Part shown: positions 47,240-56,600 of the stretch, in pieces
Numbering within the stretch: position 1 is the stretch's first letter
How the letters are laid out: the number at the start of each line of letters is the position of its first letter
DNA from: a virus
Taxonomy: Duplodnaviria > Caudoviricetes
DNA: 64,000 nucleotides
IMG/VR virus record: IMGVR_UViG_3300032038_000037
Location: 35,277 to 99,276 of that record
Strand: one strand, 5' to 3'
Position numbers and translations under genes: made by a program
Notes under the pieces: generated by a model
What the model was told of the DNA's origin: nothing
What the model saw: the letters and a program-made list of their open reading frames with translations, nothing else
Databases searched by the model: none

Positions 47240-47629
47240 ATGGCTACAGTTACAATGTCACAGATTCTTACTTTTAGACAGCATGTTGGTTTATTTTTAA
47301 ATCAGAAGTTAGCACTTCCAGTTGCTTATAAACTTACAAAAATTAACAATGCTGTTGATAAAGAAGCTGAGTTTTATCAAGAGAAATTTAATGAAATTGT
47401 AGAAAAGTATTCAAAGAAAGATGAAAATGGAAATGTTGTTTTTTCTGAAGATGGTGAACAGATTATGATTCAGGATGACCTTATTCCAGAATGTAATCAG
47501 GCTCTTGAAGAATTAATGAATTTAGAAACTGAAATTAATAATTTCAATTTAAAGATTGAAGATTTTGGCGATAATATTGAATGTACACCAACAGATATTG
47601 ATGCTATTGCACCTTTTTTAAGTGAATAA
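47240..47629 (+). CDS. Conserved phage hypothetical protein (DUF1617-like?)
   Basis: GGAGG RBS; AYKLTK...IVEKYSKKDENG...ELMNLE pattern. Confidence 0.55.
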   Translation: MATVTMSQILTFRQHVGLFLNQKLALPVAYKLTKINNAVDKEAEFYQEKFNEIVEKYSKKDENGNVVFSEDGEQIMIQDDLIPECNQALEELMNLETEINNFNLKIEDFGDNIECTPTDIDAIAPFLSE

Positions 47630-47636
47630 TTCAAAT

Positions 47637-47668
47637 AAAAAAGAGGTTCGTAATGAACCTCTTTTTTT
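47637..47668. terminator. Bidirectional intrinsic terminator between the replication module and the tape measure gene
   Basis: AAAAAAGAGGTTC-gtaat-GAACCTCTTTTTT. Confidence 0.88.
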
Positions 47669-47669
47669 A

Positions 47670-50600
47670 TTATCTTGAACGCCCAGTAACTGTAACATTT
47701 CTATATTTAGCTTCTTTAACAATAATCTTTTTAACTCTATCTGCAACTTGATCAACATCATAATCGCTATCAATCTTATCAACATTAATATCTATATCTA
47801 AATTAATATCGCCACTAGATGTATATTGATCATGATTAAAGATTCCGCGTTTTGTTGCATCAGCTAAAACATCTTTTAATGCTAAGAAGTTTTTGGTTTC
47901 TGATGGATTTAATACAAGTTCTGGTTTAGAAGGGGTACCATCCATCCAAGCTGGACCTGTATAATCTGCTAAACCTCCAGTAGCAAATTTTAATGGATTG
48001 CCAGTGATTTTACCGTTCTTTCCAACCTCATATATCTTGCCTCCTTTTGCTTTAAAAAGTTTCTTATCAAGCAAGAAATGAGTATATTCTCTTCCAAGAC
48101 CTGTTAATTTGGCTTTCTTTTTAAATTTAGAGTAAGAAGTTTTTTTATCTTTCCATTTTTCATGTATACCAGTCTTACCAGTACTAGGATCCCATGCTTC
48201 AATACCCTTACTAGTATTATAATATAATTTACCTTTATTAGTAATAGTACCTTTTCTACCTTTTAATTGTACTTCTTTTCCAGCTTTTAAAGGAGAATAG
48301 GTTGAAGCTGCAATAAATTTAGCCCAATCCTTATGAATTTTACTTCCTACTGAATTATTTCTTAATTGCCAAGCTAATTCTTTACCTGCTTCTTTTTGAT
48401 TGTTTTTTATAAATTTCGTATTAAAACCTTTACCACCAAACTTAATAGCAAGTGTTTTACCTGTTCCTTTACCGGTTTTTACATTATAATCCTGAGCATA
48501 AACGGTATCACCTTTTTGAGCAGCAATTCTAGTTCCAGCTTTATTTACAGTACCACTTTTAATCGCTCCACCTTTCTCTTTACCATTCGTATCTAAAGTA
48601 GCGGTTTTTTTCGTACCCGCATCTACGGCTCTAACTTTCGCAGCACTATAAGTTTTAACAACTGATGCTCTTTTAAAACCAGCATCTAAAGCATTTTTTG
48701 CAGAAAGACCATTCTCTTTAAAGTTTTTAAGAGTATAGCCACCACTCTTTAATTCCTTTACGCTGTATCCTGATTTTTTAGCTTGTTTAGCGTTATAACC
48801 CGCGGCTCTAAATTGTTTAGCAGTATATTTTGCGTCATGGATTTGTTTTCCAGTATATGTTCCTTTTAAAGCTTTTGCACTAAAACCTGCGGCTTTAGCT
48901 TGACTTGCTGAATATCCCGCTTTGTGGAAATCTTTTACAGAATAACCAACTTCTTTTAATGATTTAAAAGCGTCATTTTCATCTTGCCCGCCCTCATTAC
49001 GAAAACGGGTCTTTGCATCTTCAATATTAATAGTACTTCTATTAGATTTAATTTCATTCTTAAGCGTTCTTAGAGATAAAGAATCATAAGCATCACGACT
49101 ATTAAAAACAGTATTTATTAACTTCTTTGCTTCATCTTGGAAATCTTTAATAGCTTTTTCAAAAGTTGCAACACTTTCATTAAAATTAGCAACCTTTAGG
49201 GTTTCTGAAGCAAAATTAATGCTTTCTAATTTTTTACCCCATTTATCAAGCATTTCTGTACTACCAAGATAGTAAAGTCTTGCTAATTGTTGGGTTTGTG
49301 GTGATGTATCACCATTAGCAATTCTTTGAACAAGATTTTCTGCTCTTGCTAAATATATTCCAGTAGTTTTGCTATAATTAAGTTGAGCAGTTAATAATTC
49401 AATTTGTTTTTCTCTTTGCTTAGCTGCTTCATCAGCCTGATCTTGAAGCCTATCAAGCAATTGATCTTCTAAAGAATCTTCATATTTCCCAGTATCTTCA
49501 CCAATTTCTTTCTCTAATCTAGCAATTTCTGCGGCATTGCCTCCTGCAGTATCTGCCCGCAGCATTGCTAAACGATTCATTTTATTGGTAATATTTTCTT
49601 CGTCTTTTTGATTTTGTTCGGCTTTACGCTGTTTGTCAAGCTCTTTTTTAACTTTATCAATTAAATCTTTAAAAGCATCTTGAATTGATTTATTTAAGTC
49701 ACTTAAATTATCAATTGTTTTTTGCTCTTCGTCTTCCATACCATCTCTAATTTTTTGGGTATAGTCAGACATCATTTGATATTGTTCATTACGCTGATCA
49801 TAAAGAGAATTTATTTTATCTGCTATTGATGATTCTACATCTTGAAGCTTATTAATATCATCTAAAATTTTATCATAGTAATCTTGAACAGCTTTAGCTT
49901 CAGTGGCATTAATATCTCCAGCGTTCTTATCTTTTTCAAATTGATACCTATCAAATGTAACTTGGATTTGACCATGCTCATCATGGGTTGTTTGAACATA
50001 ACGCTTACCTACTTGTGCCCTATCCGTTTCATCTTTTCTTTGATTATATAAGGCTAAAAGTCGTTCCAGAGTACCTTGATCTTTTTTATCTTTTTTAGCT
50101 TGATCATAAGCATCTTTTGCTTCTTTTTGTTTTGTATATTCATCTTGTAACGTTAAATCATCGGCTAATTGTTGCTTGTAAGCGTCCCATAAATCTTTAT
50201 CTTTATTAATTTGATATGTTGTAGCTGCTACGCTAGCATTAATTGCTTTCAAATAATCATTTGATGTTTCTGCTAAATTACTAAGCGATGAATCAACCAT
50301 GTTAGTAATTAATTTTTGTATACTTTCAACTTTATTAGCAAATGATTCACTTAATGAAATTTTATCTTCAAGGTTTTTAATTCTTGTTAAATGATCTTCC
50401 CAACCATAAAGAGTTTCTTTTAATTCTTTTCTTAAATCAGCGAGTTTATTATCTGCATCTAATTTTGCTTTATCTGCGGAAATTTTCTTTGAAGTTAAAT
50501 CATCAAGCTCTTTTTTCGCAGCTTCTAAAACAGCATCAGCAAATTTCTTGCCCTGTTTTTTATTTTGAGCGATTTTATTGATTTTATTATAATCAATTTT

Positions 50601-53600
50601 ATAACCGCCTTCACCATTAGGAACAATAATGGTACCAAGATTAACTTTTGTTTTTTGGGTTTTGGTTGTCTTTTTACCGTTTTTATCTTTTACATTCTTT
50701 TCCCAAGAAACTTCATAATTTTTATATTTGCCTTTACCAGCATTTAAATTGGTAAGTAATTTTTGATACTGGGCAGCAAGTTCTTTATTCTGATTTGAAG
50801 AACGTGTTAATAACTTAGATTGATCACCAACTAAACTATTAATTTGAGAATATGAAAAATCAATAGTATCACTTAATTTCTTTTTAATTACATCAGAATT
50901 CTTTTCTATTTTACTAGAAGTTATTTCAATTTTTTTAGTTAGGTTATAAATACCTACATCCATTCTTGAAATAGTTCCAGTATTCTGAACAATTTGTTCT
51001 ACTTGTTTATCTTTTTTTGGAGGGGTTTGTCCTTGCTTAGGAGGTTGTTTACCACCTCCGCCGCCTCTGCCGCCTCCGCCTCCACTACCAGGGATTGTAC
51101 CAGTACCTTCAGAAAAGCTATTAAGTGGAATACTTTTCCTTTTCATGATTTGTTCTGTTTGTCTAGCGTTCCAAACAACAGAATCTTTTGGTAAATCTGG
51201 TACAAATTGCGGGCCGCCAACTCCAAGCAATTCTGCACGACCTTCTTTTGGATACCAAGCCAGTTCCGGTCCAATTTCTCCAGTTAAAGCTGGGACTGTA
51301 TTACCTTTAGTAGTACGTTTTTTACCACTAGCATAACTATTTAAAGAAGATTGGTTATAACCTGTAGAATAGGCACCCATTCTATGGTTATTACGACCTG
51401 TCCAAACTTTTAATGCTTTTAATTCATCAATTTTAGCCTGTATTTTTGCTGCAGCAGTATTAAAACTTGATGCTACAGCCCCACCAATTGTAATTGTAGG
51501 ATTTAAACTTGAAATTGTACTTGCTGCTGTATTTGCTTTAGAAATTGCCTGACTAGTATCTGCACCAACAGTTATAGTAGAATTTCTATTCTTTGCTGCG
51601 TTATTAATAGCTGTAGTTGCAGCACCAGTATTTGCTTTAGCAGTTATTGTTGTACTTTGTTTCTTAACTACTGTTTGTTCAATAGGTTTGCTATAAGCCT
51701 TTTTCTTTTTTGAAACACTATCTTTACCAACAGTAAAGTTAACTTTAACTTCAGGCTCTGGAGTTTTTATTGACTCTTTCTTTTCGTCAACTTGTTCTGT
51801 TTTTGGTTCAAAAATAGTATCAACCTTTACAGAAGAACCTTCACCATTAGTGCTAGCAAAAGGATTAGTAGTTAATGGATTAGTCCCATTTTCAAAAGTA
51901 AAAGTTACAGGCGATTCAGTTGGCTCTTCAGCCTCAGCTTTTGCTTCTTGGACTTCAGTGTCATTAGCTGTTATCTCATGTTCAGAAGAAGTATTTTCCT
52001 TATTTTTTTCTTTGTCTTCTTCAACTTCACTATTATCTGATTTTGTTTTATGAGTATTTGAAGTATTTTCTTTGTTCTTTTCCTTATCTTCTTCAACTTC
52101 GGTATTATCCGATTTGAATTTAACCATTGCCATAATTTCTTCTGTAGATAAACCAGTAATTTCATGAATTGTATCTATGGCAGTAGTATTTGCTGGATCT
52201 TGATTTAATTTGAAGAAAGAATCAATAACTTTTATTTTATCTGCATCACTACTTATGTTAGCTAAAGTTTGTTGAATTTGCTCAGCACCATCCATTTTAG
52301 CGACAGTGTCTAATTCTATTTGGAAATTTCCATCTCTGCCAATTATCTCTTGGATTTTAGCACTATCAATTGTACCCATTTTTTGAGAAAAATCCCAAAA
52401 AGCAGGACTAAAGAAATCCATTTGCTCCATCTGAGCAAACTGATCTTTTAAAGATGCTATTACAGGACCCGCGCCCTCAACACCTTTAAAAGCATTATTT
52501 ACTTGGGTTGCAAACTGTTCAATACCTTGTTCTACTGATAAATTAGGATTATTTGCAATATTTAAAAGTGAGCCTAAACTACCAGAAGTAACATTTTTCG
52601 GTATTGTTATACCAGCATTTTTCATTTCTTGTAAAGAATACTGACCTAAAATAGAACTTTTTGCTCCACGTTCCATTCCTTCAGTTTCTTCACTACGAAG
52701 TGCACTACCTAATGTTTTAAAATCTATCTTTTCTGCTTTTCTTAATATTTCATCTAAAGCCTGAAGTCCTTTACGATTTTTCTCACCACCAAAGGCCGAA
52801 TAATCAAAATTCTCAGCATTACCATCAAGTAATTTTTCCGCAGTTGTAATTCCAGTACTACCAACGGCTTTCCAATCATTAAGATAATTTAATGTTTCTT
52901 GATTTGTCTTAATTTGCTTTTGTATTTCTTTCTTCGCAGTATCAGAAGTAGCATTACTAAGTGCAGTTTCTAAAGTCTTTTGATATTCCTTAGCTTCGTT
53001 AATTTTAGTGTCTATTGCAGTTAAGCCTTCTCTTCTTTCATTATAGGATAAAAGTTTACCTTGCTCATTTTGTTCATGACCATAGTATTGATATTTAGTA
53101 TCAATACCTTTTTCTCCCATAACTTCTTTATGGAGATTACCTACACCTTCTGAAATTTCTTTTGGAATTTGCCCAGAGGCTGCGACTATTTGTGCCAAAT
53201 AAGAATTTGCTTGAGCCGTATTGGCAGCAGTTTCATTCATTGAGGTTAATTCAGGAGATGAATTTAATTCTTCCCAAGCCTGCATCGCAGTTTCTTCAGA
53301 TTGCTCTCCTTTGATTAAACCAGAAGATTTTAAAATAGATAACGTTTCTTCGGCATTATATTGACCCGATTTAGCAAAAGGTTCAATATATTTCTTTATA
53401 TCATCAAGACTTTTAGCTTGTTTTGTAAAACCTAAAGATTGGGTAAGTTCTTTAGCAATTTTACCTTGTGCTGCCCGTTGCGTTTTATCGCCATTCATTA
53501 ACTCGTCTACATTAAGTAGCTTAATTCCTTTAGATTGTAAATCCGTAACAATCTTTTGAAATTCTGAGTCTTTTCCAAAATCTGTAACACCCGCAGCACG

Positions 53601-56600
53601 AGCGTCAGCTCTTAATTGGTCATAATTATAAAAATATTTACCCTTTCCACCGAGTGTTTCTTCTGAAGTTTTTATACTAGAAGATAATTGATCTATATTA
53701 CTAAGATCCCAATCCATAAATTGTCGGCTTTTATTTAACATAGAAGATAATAAATCATCAGATACTCCTAATAAATCAGCCATTTTTCCAAGACTAGAAT
53801 CATCGACATCTATTTTGAAACCGCCTTTACCATCTTCTGAATAAAACTTTTCTAACCCTGGTAAATCTTTATTTGCATAATGTTGATGTAAAGAACTAAT
53901 AAAATTATTATAACCTTCTTGCCCCTCTTTTAACATAGGAGCAATTTGTGACATTTTAGATTTTACTTTATCAATTCCTTGATCTAAAACTTTTTCATCA
54001 ACAAGATTCTCTGCTGCAAGCCAGAATTTTTGAGAGCCTTTACCTTCTACATCTTTACCACTGAAAGTACCTTTCTCTTCATCATAACCAATATCGGTAA
54101 GAATTTCTTTCATTCCTTCGGCAGCAGTATAATAATCTTTTAAATCTTTTGTTTTTTCTTGATAATTTTCTAATGCAGAATTAGCTGAATTAAAACTATT
54201 AGATAAGCCATTTATACTTTCTGCTATACGTTGTTCGCCCTCTTCTGTATACATAACAGCTTTTAACATACCTTCATGTATACCATCAGCGATTAATCCT
54301 GCACCAATATCACCATTAGCTGCAGCTTCTCTATATGCGGCCTCTAAAGAATTTAAAGTACCAATTTGATCTATAATAGAGGCTCTATATGTTGCTGCAG
54401 CTTCTTCAGGACTTTTGTTCTTTTCAATAGCTTTATCAAACTCTGCTTGAGCTTTAGCTATTCCTTCTAAAGCTGTTGAATATTCCTTTCCTTTTCCTGC
54501 AGAACCAGTTAATTCTTCAAGTGATCTAGCATAATCTGTAGCTTTAGTTTTAAAGGTTTCTGCATCCCATCCTTGTTCAAGACCTGTTAAAGAAAGCGTT
54601 TCTAATCCTTCTCTAAAACTACCAGTTAATGATAATGCTTGTTCTTTACCTAATTCAGCTAAATGAGAATCAGCAGTTTTATTTTTAAGTTTCTTAAAAT
54701 CAAATTTATCAGCTATTTTTTTCTCAAGTGCAGCCCCACTCATGTTAGTTGAATCTAAATATTTTTCTAACCAATCAGTTTGTGGTTTTGCAGCTTCTAC
54801 AGCAGAATCATAAGTTTTTGTTAATTTAGAAATTGCTTTTTCGGCACTAGCTTTTGCTTTATCATCTAAATCTGAGGATTCAATATAACTTGAAAGAGCA
54901 TCAGCTTTATCATAAATTTTCTTAGCATCAGCTACATTTAAGTTACCAAAATCAATATCACCCAAACCTAATTCTTGTAATTGGGATTGATAACCAGTTA
55001 TTTCTTGAAGAGAAGTTTCAATTGTGGTAGCTTGTTTTTCTATTTCAGTAGGGGTTGTACCTCTGTTAGCAGCTCTAGGCACTCTACCTGTTCTAGTAAT
55101 AGCACCTGCAGAACCCTGCTGTCCAGGTTTTCCCATAAGTTTATTAATTCTTTTATAAGTTTTTACCTGATCAATAATTGATTGGCCACTACCATTTGTT
55201 AAATACTGCTCTTCACTTCGTTCTGCATCTTTAGAAGCTTCTTTTAATGCTTTTTGAATATCAGCATATTGACTTACATAAGCTTGTCCAGTATTATTAA
55301 CACCCTGTTGCAAGGCGCCATTCATCGAAATTAATTTATCAGTATAATCTTGATAACGTTTATATTGTTCTTCATCAAGAGATATATTATTTCCTTTAGA
55401 GTCAACACCCTTTCGTAATTGTTGATATTCTTTATAACCATCTGATAATTCTTTTATGGATTTTTTTTGTTCAACAACATTTTTCTGATAATCTTTAGTG
55501 ACTTGTTTTCCTTCATCACGAATTTTCTTTATATTATGTTGATGTAATTTATATGCAGCAACTATTCCTGCTACAAGAACCCCAATACCAGCAAAAACTC
55601 CTCCTACTACACTAGCAGAAGTCCCAAGCATTGTAGCAATATTAGAAACTCCACTTAAAATACTACCAGCTGAACTTGCTGCCATACCTACAGTAGTAAA
55701 AGCTGATCCTAAAGCACTAACAGCTGCAGCAGCACGATCTGCACCCATAGAACTAAGATTTGCACTAAAAGCATTAAGTGCCATCCCTGCACTAGCAATT
55801 CCTGCGCCAAGACTAGCAACTGTATTACCAGCTTTTTCTAATCCAGTAAGTTTAATTGGGTTTTCTCCCAATTGGCCCATTTCTTGCATAGCTTGTGCTC
55901 GAGCTTTATTATACTCACCCTTAAGATAGCTTTTAGGAATACCCGAATCTTTCCCTTCCATACGAGCTTTATCAAAAGATTGATAAGCTTTTTTATCTTG
56001 GAAAATCTCTTTTGCTCGTGCACTAATGGCTCGTTGTCTAATCCATTCTGCCGCATCAGCATCAGTCTGTAAATTTTTAGCTCCTAATAGATTAAACTGA
56101 TTAATTCTATCATTAGCATTCAACATATGTTGCGAAAACGCTTTACTAGAAGCCATACTAGCACTTTTAACATATGATGTAAAATCAACTTTACCGGTTT
56201 TAAAAGCTTTTTCTTGTGCATTTATAAAACTTCTTGCAGCAATTTGACCAGGAGTTTTTAAGTCTAATTTTTTTACCCCTTGATAAAAAGAACTTTTAAT
56301 AGCTTGTGAAGTTCCAGGACTAGTTGCCATAATAGCTCTTTGAGTTTCAGAGCTATATTGACTCATCTGATCCATTAAAACATTAGTCGTTGCCCCATCT
56401 TTTCCGCCTATAAGAGAATTAATTCCTCGTCTTGCAGCTAAAAAGCCTCTTCCAGTAAGGGTTTCTCCTTTATTTGCAGAATTAGTAGAATTAATTTTAT
56501 TACCAATTTTTGAAAGACCAATTAAAGTATCTAATCGAGATACAATTGGTGCTGTAATTGCTGAAGTTTTGGCTCCCATAATACCGCCAAAAGCTCCATT

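Noticed and set aside
8435-52115. CRISPR-like arrays from the tandem repeats at 8.4, 18.8 and 52.0 kb
   Set aside because: They are in-frame coding repeats without unique spacers
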